Made by a program: the position numbers and the translations under genes. Below the pieces are notes generated by a model, which ran no database searches, had not been told where the DNA came from, and saw only the letters and a program-made list of their open reading frames with translations. This document shows, piece after piece, positions 19,956 through 29,549 of a DNA stretch of 64,000 bases (its first letter is position 1; each line of letters opens with the position of its first letter). Source of the DNA: Fibrobacteria bacterium (lineage in GTDB: Bacteria; Fibrobacterota; Fibrobacteria; UBA11236; JADFYW01); assembly GCA_050294405.1 (NCBI GenBank), contig JBNKOC010000024.1, forward strand, positions 1 to 64,000, written 5' to 3'.

Positions 19956-20807
19956 TCAGGAATTGCTAAGATATGGGGGTTGATACGGTTTTGATGTTGG
20001 AAACAACTGAAGGTTCACGTGAAAGCTGCGATTAGCATTGTTGTAACTGTTGGCTATTTCCAGTAGCCTTCTTCTAAACCTCCGTGTTTCCTGTAATATC
20101 TCCTCATAACCCTCCTGGGGAACGCAAAAGCCCAACCAGGATAAATTTCGTTCTTCTTTCGAAAAGTTATCCGCGGCCATTTTTGCCATATCCATCATTT
20201 TAATGGAGTAGCTTGAAAGTACAGGGCCGGTGGCCAACAAGCTTCCACTTAAAACCTTTTCTGTCTGTTCGTAACAGCCATTTTTATTTTTGCGAATAAG
20301 GTTTAAGCGCTCCAAAACTTCAATTGATTTTTTTGCCTGATCTGTGGTTATTGGCGGATCCACTAATTTGGCCAGGCTCTGATAATTGCTGCGAAAGGGA
20401 TAAAAAGAAATTATTTCCCGAACAACCGCATAATACCAACATTCATAAAACTCAGCCTGTTCACTTTCCAGTTTAAAAAGTTTAGCTTCTTTATGCTGAT
20501 AAAGCTTTTCAAAATGGCGCATTTTTTCCGAATCACTTTTGGATTGTTCGTACAAAACCAATGTTTCAAAATAATCAGCTTCTTTCTTCTTAAGTTTTAA
20601 AAAGTCTATAAACTTGGAAGTAAGGTTGGGAGAAAGGTTGGCTTTGCCTTTAATGATTTGAGTAAAATGACCCGCAGATTTAAAACCCACTTTGGAGGCA
20701 ATAAACCTATAGGAAAATTTTGAATGATGGGCTTTTTTGGCAACATAATAGTCTCTCAAATAATTTCTATAGGAATTGTATTCGAATAAATTTGGCAATG
20801 CGACCAT
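19956..20807 (-). CDS. TIGR02147 family protein (HTH plus DUF4423-like domain)
   Basis: LFEYNSYRNYLRDYY..KK...FSYRFIASKVGFKS, WYYAVVREI, NLQLFP: typical of this Fibrobacter/Bdellovibrio paralog family. Confidence 0.9.
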   Translation of the reverse strand: MVALPNLFEYNSYRNYLRDYYVAKKAHHSKFSYRFIASKVGFKSAGHFTQIIKGKANLSPNLTSKFIDFLKLKKKEADYFETLVLYEQSKSDSEKMRHFEKLYQHKEAKLFKLESEQAEFYECWYYAVVREIISFYPFRSNYQSLAKLVDPPITTDQAKKSIEVLERLNLIRKNKNGCYEQTEKVLSGSLLATGPVLSSYSIKMMDMAKMAADNFSKEERNLSWLGFCVPQEGYEEILQETRRFRRRLLEIANSYNNANRSFHVNLQLFPTSKPYQPPYLSNS

Positions 20808-20892
20808 ATATATATGGTGGTAAAAGGCATTAAATTGGTTCTGTTTATGTTTAATAAACCAATACAGTTTTAAAGTTTATTTTACATTAAGT

Positions 20893-20933
20893 ATTTTCCA
20901 TAAGATTTTATTTTAAAAAATTTTATGGAAAAT
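20893..20933. repeat. 17-bp-arm inverted repeat upstream of the TIGR02147 gene
   Basis: ATTTTCCATAAGATTTT / AAAATTTTATGGAAAAT, 16/17 complementary, 7-nt loop. Confidence 0.6.
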
Positions 20934-20997
20934 TAGTAAACAGTTTTTCGTTTAAAAATAATGCTGGTAGAACGCATAGCGCAAAGTGGTGATCCCT

Positions 20998-21972
20998 CTA
21001 GTTCAAACTGGGTTCAGGTGGCTTATAGGGGTTTGGAGCCAATGTTTGCAAATAAGCGAAAATGGCCGCCAGGTCCTCTTCTTCCATGCCTCCATACATT
21101 ACCCAAGGCATGGGAGTTGGAATATCCTTTTCTGTGTATTTTTGAGGCACGTAATTGCTGTCTACATAGGCTTTAAAACGGCCCACAAACATTTCCTCTG
21201 TCCAGTTTCCTATTCCACTAGTTTTGTGGGGAGTGATGTTTTTACTGAAATTGGAACCGTTGGGCATTTTGAATTCAAACCCCCCGGCAAATTCCATCCC
21301 TTCCACCTTTTGGCCTTTTACCTGCTGGGTGTGGCACTCGGCACATCCAGCAAAGGTCACAAGGTATTTTCCGTACTCCACTTTGTTGCTTTTAGCTGGT
21401 TTTTTTTGAAACTGAGCTTCTTTGGGAATGGTGCGCATAATGAAGTTCATGGGAAAATCTGCTACGGAAGCCTCTGGTTTTGTTTCGATTGGCTTGAGAC
21501 CTCTGATGTAAGCAATAATGGAAAGGATATCTTCTTTATCCACTGTTCCATAAGAGGGATAAGGCATAATGGGGAAAAAAGGCTCACCCTCACGGTTTAC
21601 ACCCGTCGTAATGGCCCGTAATAGCTCCCCATCGGTCCAATCCCCTACTCCATGAGGAGTTATATTTTTAGCTACAAATTTTCCAGGAAAACCAAACTTC
21701 TGGTCAAAAACTTCTCCTCCCTGACCCCAGGTACCATCAATGGGCGGTCCTGAAAACAAACTCCAGTCCCGCTGAGAATGACAATCAATGCAAACTGCCA
21801 CGTGATGAGCCAGGTAGCGGCCACGTTCAATTCTAGCTTCTGTGAGCTCTGCTTTTATGGATTCAGCATCTGCAATTTTTGGCAAAGCTAATTTCGCATA
21901 ACTAAGCAGTCCAACCACAGCCAAGACGGCTAACAATAAAACAGAGAACACAAGTTTTAATAATGTTTTCAT
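20998..21972 (-). CDS. Membrane-anchored diheme cytochrome c
   Basis: N-terminal TM; RGRYL..CIDCH, NITP, MPYPSY; YGKYL..CAECH, NITP, MPW: two His/Met heme domains. Confidence 0.9.
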   Translation of the reverse strand: MKTLLKLVFSVLLLAVLAVVGLLSYAKLALPKIADAESIKAELTEARIERGRYLAHHVAVCIDCHSQRDWSLFSGPPIDGTWGQGGEVFDQKFGFPGKFVAKNITPHGVGDWTDGELLRAITTGVNREGEPFFPIMPYPSYGTVDKEDILSIIAYIRGLKPIETKPEASVADFPMNFIMRTIPKEAQFQKKPAKSNKVEYGKYLVTFAGCAECHTQQVKGQKVEGMEFAGGFEFKMPNGSNFSKNITPHKTSGIGNWTEEMFVGRFKAYVDSNYVPQKYTEKDIPTPMPWVMYGGMEEEDLAAIFAYLQTLAPNPYKPPEPSLN

Positions 21973-22173
21973 ATTTTGCTTCCAAAAAAGTCCTTAAACT
22001 AGAAAGTCTCAAGAAGCCGCACAATAAAAAATAATGCATCATAAACTCTGAGTTGGCGTCAATTGCCTTATGGACCTGGAAAATCTGATAAATTAGCTGA
22101 TATGGCTTTTCAAATAAAAATCCCAAAGGCTCAACCCTGACTTTATTATTAACTTCTAATATAAGGGAGGTAA

Positions 22174-23340
22174 TTGATGAATTTTTTGAACAAAAAACTG
22201 GGGATCATCCTTGGATTGGCTTCTGTAGCAATGACCCAGGGAACCGTTAGCTTACCTGAAGAGTTAGCGGCTGCCAATGCCCAAGTGGTTCCTGTTAAAG
22301 TAGGTTTGGCCTATTCAGAAGGGCCGGCTATCGACAGCGCTGGCAATATTTTCTTTTCGGAAGATCCCGATGTAACCAGCGGCAGAATCTGGAAAATTAC
22401 TCCCGGTGGAGAGGAAGAAGCCTTTTATGATCCCGGTAACAGTTCAAACGGATTGGAATTTGACCCCCAGTGGCGCCTGGTTTCCTGCCAAAGTGGAAAA
22501 TTAGTTCGCTTTGAAAGCGACGGACAAATCACAGAATTAGCTTCTGATTCAAAAAATAATGAAAATTTTGGCCGCATTAATGATCTAAGCATTGGCTCTA
22601 ACGGCAGCATTTATTTTACCAATTTAAATGGTGGCAAAGTCTTTTATCTGGACAGCACCGGAAATTTAAAATCTTTTAATTACAGCGGCCCCAATGGAAT
22701 CGAATGGATTGAGGAAAGAAACATCATTTACATTGCCCATTCAGGGAGGCTGGAAAAATGCACTCCGGAAGAAAACGGAGATATTTCCAACTGCCAGGAA
22801 TTTGCCAGTGCCAGCAGCCCGGACGGTTTAACCCTGGATGAAAATTACAATGTGTATTTGGCAAATTGGTCTTTGGGCCGGATAACGGTTTGGGACAGCA
22901 CAGGTGCAAGCTTAGGATACATAGAAGTGGAAGCCGAAATGGTTCAGGGCAAAAGAGGCACCAATGGCCTGATGGGAAATACTTCCAATTGTATTTTCGG
23001 AGGTCCAGAAGGCAAAACTCTTTATATTACGGGTGATGGTGGCTTATACAAGGTGGAAATGAATGTGAAGGGCCGCAAAAAACCCTGGTTACAGGAAAAC
23101 TCCACCAATATCTCCTATTTCAAAACGGTTTCAAAAGGCCAAAGCGTTGTACAACTTAAACCCTCCCTGTTTCAAAATTGGGCAGAAGGCCTAGGTTTTG
23201 AAGATTGGAAACTTATTCAGAGCGCCACCGGAAAAAAAACTCATGTATCCGGCCCTAATACCCCTGCAAAAGGGGCTTACACCCTCTTAGGGAAAGATAA
23301 AAATGGCGTGCAAAATCAAATACCCGTCATTATTAAATAG
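22174..23340 (+). CDS. Secreted SMP-30/gluconolactonase family protein
   Basis: SEGP, SNGL, INDL, YFT, PNGI, PDGLTLD, NCIFGG..GKTLYIT; basic C-terminal tail. Confidence 0.9.
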   Translation: MMNFLNKKLGIILGLASVAMTQGTVSLPEELAAANAQVVPVKVGLAYSEGPAIDSAGNIFFSEDPDVTSGRIWKITPGGEEEAFYDPGNSSNGLEFDPQWRLVSCQSGKLVRFESDGQITELASDSKNNENFGRINDLSIGSNGSIYFTNLNGGKVFYLDSTGNLKSFNYSGPNGIEWIEERNIIYIAHSGRLEKCTPEENGDISNCQEFASASSPDGLTLDENYNVYLANWSLGRITVWDSTGASLGYIEVEAEMVQGKRGTNGLMGNTSNCIFGGPEGKTLYITGDGGLYKVEMNVKGRKKPWLQENSTNISYFKTVSKGQSVVQLKPSLFQNWAEGLGFEDWKLIQSATGKKTHVSGPNTPAKGAYTLLGKDKNGVQNQIPVIIK

Positions 23341-23425
23341 GGTATTGCCAAAATTTTTTCCAAAAGCATTTTCCTCCAGAGGAAAAAAATAATATCATAA
23401 ATCAGGAGCCAATGGAGGGGGATTT

Positions 23426-24640
23426 ATGGTGCCGTTTAACTTAAATAAAATATATATGGGTTTAGCTGGGCTTGGACTTGTTCTGGGGCAGCACAGCTTT
23501 GGAAGCGCTCTTAGCGATGCTGCAGAGGCGCTCAAGCCCGGAGAATGGGTAGAGCTAAATACAAGCGGTTTTAGCGGCTCATTTTTAAATACAGGCGGAG
23601 TGGATTACGTTATCAACTATGGAAACAGCGCCGTTTGGGATCCTGTAAATCGCGAACTCAGATACATGGGCAAAGGCCATCAGGAATCTGAAAAAATGAT
23701 TATTTATTACGAGGAGAACAATAGTTGGGAGGATGGCCCCACAACATCTTCAGCACCTCATGGATACGATCACAATGCCATAAACCCAGAAACAGGCGAG
23801 CATTTTTATTACGGGGGCGGCACCACCATGCATGTGTACCGCAATGGCGATTGGGACAGTTTTAACAGTTTGCCCGGAGATAGATATGATTATGCGGTGG
23901 CTGTTGGATTGGAGTACTTTCCGGAACGCAACTGTCTGTTAATGGCTGCTGAGCACGACATATACAGCTTTGAAAACGGTGAATGGGAGTCCATCCAATC
24001 CCGAATCAACACAGGCGGATACCATATGATTGCCGAATACAACCCGGTATACAAAGAAGTGTATTTGGGTGGTGGCAACGGGGAAACAGATTTATATAAA
24101 GTGGATAGCGACGGAAATGTGGGGCAAATCGCCAGCTCCCCCATTCAAATCGGCGTGAACAGGGCTGTTGCAGTGGTAGACCCAGTTTCAGGAGAATTAC
24201 TGATTATGGGTCGCGACAAGTTTTTTAGAGCCTATAGCCCCATAGATAACGGATGGTATAGTTTGAATGATGAAGATGTGCCTATCTGGAGTGATTCTCA
24301 TCCCGATGAGCCTACCAAATTTATCGTGGCGGCACCCATTTCGGATTATGGCGTTATAATGTTCCTTTCTGTGGACCACGGAGTATTTTTATACAAACAC
24401 GAGGCCATTGAAGGGGCCGCAAGTATTGCCCAAAAAACAATTTTCGCAAATAGCCGCCTGATTTATAAAAATGGGGCTATTCACTACAAGCACTTCAATG
24501 AGCATTCCCCATCGGGTGTTTTGGAGATTCTATCCAGCAATGGTCGTCTTATTTATTCTGAAAATACCTCTTTTTTAACAAATAATCAGGAATTTTCCAT
24601 TCAAGCTCCCCAAGGCAGGTATTTTTTCCGAATTAAATAG
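23426..24640 (+). CDS. Secreted beta-propeller (Kelch-like) protein with C-terminal sorting-like tail
   Basis: Signal peptide; repeated GG/W blades; tail ILSSNGRLIY...PQGRYFFRIK. Confidence 0.65.
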   Translation: MVPFNLNKIYMGLAGLGLVLGQHSFGSALSDAAEALKPGEWVELNTSGFSGSFLNTGGVDYVINYGNSAVWDPVNRELRYMGKGHQESEKMIIYYEENNSWEDGPTTSSAPHGYDHNAINPETGEHFYYGGGTTMHVYRNGDWDSFNSLPGDRYDYAVAVGLEYFPERNCLLMAAEHDIYSFENGEWESIQSRINTGGYHMIAEYNPVYKEVYLGGGNGETDLYKVDSDGNVGQIASSPIQIGVNRAVAVVDPVSGELLIMGRDKFFRAYSPIDNGWYSLNDEDVPIWSDSHPDEPTKFIVAAPISDYGVIMFLSVDHGVFLYKHEAIEGAASIAQKTIFANSRLIYKNGAIHYKHFNEHSPSGVLEILSSNGRLIYSENTSFLTNNQEFSIQAPQGRYFFRIK

Positions 24641-24811
24641 TCCACTTCTTAGCCTCAATTTGCATTTGGCCACTTGCTAAAATGGCCTTTCTCCTTATAT
24701 TAGTAATAGCTCAAATTTTGGGGATTTGGGCCGTTTAAAAATATTCCAAGGATAAAGGTTAAGCTATTTCTTTTTAAGAAGTTAAGTAACCTCATCCGAA
24801 CCGGGGGATTT

Positions 24812-27427
24812 ATGAGGAGAGTTTTATACCTGGCCATACTTGGGCTGGGGTTGCAGATGGAATTGGGGGCTGCCCCACACAACGCCGACCCATTCGAACT
24901 GATTCAACCAGATAAAAGCTTGGTTAAGGTTTTGGTCTGGGGCGATGAATTTCACCAGCACGTAGAATCTCCTGATGGATACACCCTAATCCGTGATCCT
25001 CAAACAAACTGGATATGTTATGCCAAACTATCGCAAGATGGGAAGGAATTGCTGTCTACAGGCATTCCCTATAAGGGCTCAACGCAAAATCCAAGTCTGC
25101 TTAAACTAAACCCCCGACTTAAAAATATCCGCAAACATTTAAAGATCTCCACCGAGGCTGTTTTAAACAAGGTCCATGAAAAAAGGCAAGAATTGGGACT
25201 TCCCAGCCGCGTGGAAATGTGGAAAAAGCTAACGGAGAAATCCGCCCTTTCCAAAGGAAGTATGGCAGCCAGCGCTGCAGAGCCCGATACGGTTTACGGC
25301 CTCACTTTGTTAATCAACTTTAAGGACGAATCTTCCGAATTTTCTAAAAGCGAAATTGAAGATGCCTTTAATACCAAAGGATACGGACAATACGGCTCCA
25401 TCGCCGATTATTTTTGGGATGTATCCAATGAAAAGTTCGCCTACATTTGTTTAGTAACACAATTTGTTACCGTGGACAGAGAAAAATCATATTACGATAC
25501 TCCCAACGGTTATGGTCCAATAAGTGAATTGCTTACAGACGCTCTTCAAAAAGCAAACGATGCCGGCTTTGATTTTTCCAAACTTACTACCAGTAATGGT
25601 CGGGCTATCGCGTTTAATGCTCTCTACGCCGGCACTTCCAATACCGGCTGGGCAAACGGTATTTGGCCCCATTCGGGATCTTACCGGGGAAATTTTAGCG
25701 CTGATGGAGTAAGCTTCAGCCGTTATCAATTAACTGGTATAGGCAACACAGGGGTTAACATCAGCACCATAATCCATGAAAACGGGCATATGTTGTTTGG
25801 TTGGCCGGATTTATACAGCTATGAAGATCACACAAATGGAGTGGGAAGATTCTGTATTATGAATGCCAATGCCACTAATCCTCAGCCTCCAAATCCTTAC
25901 TATCGGTCCCTGGAGGGCTGGGTCGACCTTATTGATATTTCCAGCGCCCCTTTGGGAAGTATTTTCAGCCACGAGGCCAATTCCCATTCGGCTTATGTAT
26001 ATAAGGGAGCAGGAAATGGCAGCAATCAGGAAATGTATTTTATTGAAGCCCGTTTAAAAGAAGGGCGTAGTACCTCCATTCCGGATGAAGGTTTGGCCAT
26101 TTGGCATATTGATGAGAATGGGGATAATACTACCGCTGGAAATCAGTTGCTAGTTGGAATCGAACAGGCAGATGGTTTATTCCAACTGGAAAACAGGCAA
26201 AACAGCGGGGGCTCGGGAGATCTCTTTCATGCAGGTGATAATGACAGATTTAACGATGGAACCACTCCCTCAGCCAAATGGCATAATGGTTCCAACTCGG
26301 GGCTTGATATTGCTAACATCAGTGAAGTGGGCCAAGTTATGACTTTTAGTCTAGGCCCGGATTTAAGCCCCTTTGTAAGATTATCCAGCATTCTTGCCGG
26401 GGAATCCTATGAGCAAAATCAAATTCTATCCCTGGAATGGTTTGATAATCTGGAAGAAGGAATAAAAATTGAACTGCTTAATGGCACTACTACGGCTCTG
26501 GTAATAGAAGAAAGTTATACGGGCAGTACGCCTTACGATTGGTTAATCCCCCAGGATTTGGCAGTGGGAGAAAATTATTTTATCCGCCTAACCAGCTCCA
26601 CAAATTCGGGAATAACCAGCACACATGACATACCTTTTAATGTGATTCCAGAATTTGTCATTTCTCAATTCCCCTACCTGGAAAGTTTTGAAGAATTCCC
26701 TAATGGCGAATCGGAATTTAACAATTGGATCCAGGCTTCGGGCGATGATTTGGATTGGACAATTATAAGTGGAGCCACCCCTTCCAAGACTCACCCACAG
26801 GGGGGCGGCACCGGACCTGATGCGGATCACACCACTGGAAATTCTGAAGAGGGAAAATATATCTATACCGAAGCCAGCGGGGAAAACTTCCCCAATAAAA
26901 CCATGGATTTTATAAGCCCTAAATTTGACTTAACATCTATGGAAACTCCCCTGCTTAGTTTTTGGGTGCATATGTTTTCAGCGGATGGAAACATGGGCAA
27001 TTTAAGCGTAGATGTGAATTCAAATGGGACCTGGACAGAGGGCGTATTAGCGCTAAATGGCGATCATGGCGATGAATGGTTTCAGGAAGTTGTGGACTTA
27101 ACCCCTTATAAATCCCAGCGGGTGCAAATTCGCTTCAGAGGGATAACTGGTACCGATTATGACAGTGATATTGCCCTGGATGATATACTAATAGGAACCA
27201 GTGCTACTATCGCCTATCCCGGAGTAATTAAAGAAAAAGCCTTTGCCTTCCAAAGAGGAAATTATCTTTGGTTTTCTCAACATCCCGGACAGATATCCAT
27301 ATATAGCATTAAGGGAAAGCTGGTTTATGAAGGGACTCCAAAAGAAAGAAAGCTCTTCGTAGGGAACCTGCCATCAGGTGTATACCAGCTAAATTCCAAA
27401 ACATCCAATTTTAAATTTGTGAATTAG
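24812..27427 (+). CDS. M6-family (immune inhibitor A-like) metalloprotease with MAM domain
   Basis: QPD..WGDEF propeptide, HENGHMLFGWPDLY zinc motif, CIM Met-turn, MAM motif DW..G.TPS..TGP.ADHT, T9SS-like tail. Confidence 0.9.
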   Translation: MRRVLYLAILGLGLQMELGAAPHNADPFELIQPDKSLVKVLVWGDEFHQHVESPDGYTLIRDPQTNWICYAKLSQDGKELLSTGIPYKGSTQNPSLLKLNPRLKNIRKHLKISTEAVLNKVHEKRQELGLPSRVEMWKKLTEKSALSKGSMAASAAEPDTVYGLTLLINFKDESSEFSKSEIEDAFNTKGYGQYGSIADYFWDVSNEKFAYICLVTQFVTVDREKSYYDTPNGYGPISELLTDALQKANDAGFDFSKLTTSNGRAIAFNALYAGTSNTGWANGIWPHSGSYRGNFSADGVSFSRYQLTGIGNTGVNISTIIHENGHMLFGWPDLYSYEDHTNGVGRFCIMNANATNPQPPNPYYRSLEGWVDLIDISSAPLGSIFSHEANSHSAYVYKGAGNGSNQEMYFIEARLKEGRSTSIPDEGLAIWHIDENGDNTTAGNQLLVGIEQADGLFQLENRQNSGGSGDLFHAGDNDRFNDGTTPSAKWHNGSNSGLDIANISEVGQVMTFSLGPDLSPFVRLSSILAGESYEQNQILSLEWFDNLEEGIKIELLNGTTTALVIEESYTGSTPYDWLIPQDLAVGENYFIRLTSSTNSGITSTHDIPFNVIPEFVISQFPYLESFEEFPNGESEFNNWIQASGDDLDWTIISGATPSKTHPQGGGTGPDADHTTGNSEEGKYIYTEASGENFPNKTMDFISPKFDLTSMETPLLSFWVHMFSADGNMGNLSVDVNSNGTWTEGVLALNGDHGDEWFQEVVDLTPYKSQRVQIRFRGITGTDYDSDIALDDILIGTSATIAYPGVIKEKAFAFQRGNYLWFSQHPGQISIYSIKGKLVYEGTPKERKLFVGNLPSGVYQLNSKTSNFKFVN

Positions 27428-27444
27428 GGAGCCATAGAGGCTCC
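27428..27444. terminator. Hairpin between convergent genes
   Basis: GGAGCC-ATAGA-GGCTCC directly between the two stop codons. Confidence 0.5.
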
Positions 27445-27448
27445 TAAA

Positions 27449-29476
27449 TTAATTGGAACTCATTTGATCTAATAATTTTTGTTCCGTAAAATTGAGTTGC
27501 TGAGTTACGCTGATAACCAAAGAATTGGTTTCGGGATAAAAAGCCTTATATATGTTTTGAGAAAGCTGTAAATAGTTACGGGCTTCTGTCCAGTTTTTGC
27601 GTTCCATTTCAAGAATTCCCAAATTTAAGTAATCCCGCGCTACGCTGGGGTGGTTTTCAGTATAATATTCTTTTTCGATTTTAAGAGCGCGCTTTAAAAA
27701 GCCTTCCGCTTTAGGGTACTCTTTCATTTGCAAATAAGTGATACCTATGTTATTCAAAGATCGGGCCGCATTAGGGTGCGAAATACCAAAATAGCTTGAA
27801 TCGATTTTGAGAGCTTTGTTATAAAACTCTAAGGCTGTGGCATAATCTTTTTCTTTAAAATAAAGAAGTCCCAGATTCAAAAGGCTTTGCGCGCTGCTCG
27901 GATGATTTTCGCCATAACACAGTTTATTGATTTTGTAAGATTTCTGTAAATTTTCTTCCGCTACTTTGTGGTTATTTTGATAATAATAGATAAGCCCCAG
28001 GTTTAAATAGCTCAGGCCAACATTGGGATGGAACTCACCAAACAAGGCCTTATCAATTTGCAAGCTTTTATTATAATATTCCAGGGCTTTGGGATAATCT
28101 TCTTTTTCCATCCATACCAGGCCAAGATTAATGTAATCCCTGGAAACATACTGGTGATGAAGACCCACTAATTCAATATCAATGGCTAAAGCTTTGCTGT
28201 GGAATTCCAAAGCCGAATCTAACCTTCCTTTGCGTGAATAAACCAGTCCTATATTGTTGTATACCATTGCCACATCCAGAGATTTTTCCCCGCTTTTTGA
28301 TATAAACATGGGAAGAGCCGCGTTATAATGGCTAAGAGCCTTATCGGGCTTTTCCAATCTATACCAAACTAAGCCTATTTTATTGTGCATGGAACCGATG
28401 AGATCGGATTTCCAGTTTATGGAATCCAGGGACATGTAAAGATTAATGGCTTGGTCGTACAGCACAGAACATTTGTTATATTCTCCCAAAGAAAAATACA
28501 TCAATCCCCTACCCTCAAGAATAGCAGCCTTTCGGAAGGAAGAACTCCAACTGGCATTTTTCTCCAAGGCCTCAGCGCTATCGTAAAGAGTTAACGCCTC
28601 TTTATATTTGCCTAATGTATATTGAAGGGAAGCCATAGATTGGTAGCGATTGGAAATACTGCTGTCTCCTCCTGGAAAAACAATTTTTTGCAATTGCAAG
28701 GCTTTGTCATGCCAGCTGAGGGCTTCCTCGTAATAAAAGCGGTTTTCACTAATCAGAGCTTTGGTAACATATATTTCAATGGCTTTCATTTGCTTTTTGC
28801 GAAGGCGCTCTGATTCCGCCAGCAAATCTTCTTCAACTTGTGGAAGCAGAGATGTTATAAGAGTATCCGCTAATGGATAATTAAACTCTGCTAAAGCCGT
28901 TTCAATTTTTTCCAATTTTTTGGGCGATATATCTGCCTGCAAATTTTGCAATTGCCGCCGCATCTCCTCATTTTTCTTTTCCAGCTTTTCAATGGTTTGG
29001 GGGACTTCATCTGGAGAAACATTGTTGGCTATCAAATAAGCCACCAATTGATCAAAATTTTTAAGGTTTGTTAACCCTAAAGCAGATAGAACATTGAGCG
29101 TAGCCTCTTTTTGGGCTTGTTTATTTATTTTTTTTTTTGAGGAGAGTTCCTCGCAAGCATCCAAAATTTGTTTTTCGTTATCGTTTGGCGTTTTAGTCAC
29201 CATAATTTTGGATTTGGCTTCGTGCACAGTTCCCACATTGACCAATTGCCGGAACTGAAAACCCACATCGGTGCTGCTGCTTTTTGATTTATCTTCCTTT
29301 AAGACAAATCCGCGACTTTTCGTACAGGCCAAATAGTTAACCACCTCATTATCAATGCAATTCCCTTCGTACATTTGGGTGCCTGCATCGCAAACTTTGG
29401 GTGGAGCCTTACTGGCGCAACCAGAGAAAATGGCTACCAGAAAAAAAAGAGGAAGGGCGAATAATACGCTTTTCAT
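27449..29476 (-). CDS. Tetratricopeptide-repeat lipoprotein
   Basis: Lipobox FSG-C, coiled coil, then a run of ~42-aa TPR repeats (HP.VA.SYNNIG.VY...G....AL.YY.KAL.I). Confidence 0.9.
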   Translation of the reverse strand: MKSVLFALPLFFLVAIFSGCASKAPPKVCDAGTQMYEGNCIDNEVVNYLACTKSRGFVLKEDKSKSSSTDVGFQFRQLVNVGTVHEAKSKIMVTKTPNDNEKQILDACEELSSKKKINKQAQKEATLNVLSALGLTNLKNFDQLVAYLIANNVSPDEVPQTIEKLEKKNEEMRRQLQNLQADISPKKLEKIETALAEFNYPLADTLITSLLPQVEEDLLAESERLRKKQMKAIEIYVTKALISENRFYYEEALSWHDKALQLQKIVFPGGDSSISNRYQSMASLQYTLGKYKEALTLYDSAEALEKNASWSSSFRKAAILEGRGLMYFSLGEYNKCSVLYDQAINLYMSLDSINWKSDLIGSMHNKIGLVWYRLEKPDKALSHYNAALPMFISKSGEKSLDVAMVYNNIGLVYSRKGRLDSALEFHSKALAIDIELVGLHHQYVSRDYINLGLVWMEKEDYPKALEYYNKSLQIDKALFGEFHPNVGLSYLNLGLIYYYQNNHKVAEENLQKSYKINKLCYGENHPSSAQSLLNLGLLYFKEKDYATALEFYNKALKIDSSYFGISHPNAARSLNNIGITYLQMKEYPKAEGFLKRALKIEKEYYTENHPSVARDYLNLGILEMERKNWTEARNYLQLSQNIYKAFYPETNSLVISVTQQLNFTEQKLLDQMSSN

Positions 29477-29549
29477 TTGAACCCCATTTGTTTTACCGAA
29501 TTAAAAAGTTAATTCAAATATAGGTTAATTAGAAATGGGATTTTAAAAA

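Noticed and set aside
20986..21621. 211-aa plus-strand ORF
   Set aside because: Antisense shadow of the well-supported diheme cytochrome c gene; no motifs.
27500..28700. Periodic sequence as a CRISPR or DNA repeat array
   Set aside because: The periodicity is explained by protein-level TPR repeats; there are no identical nucleotide repeats with spacers.
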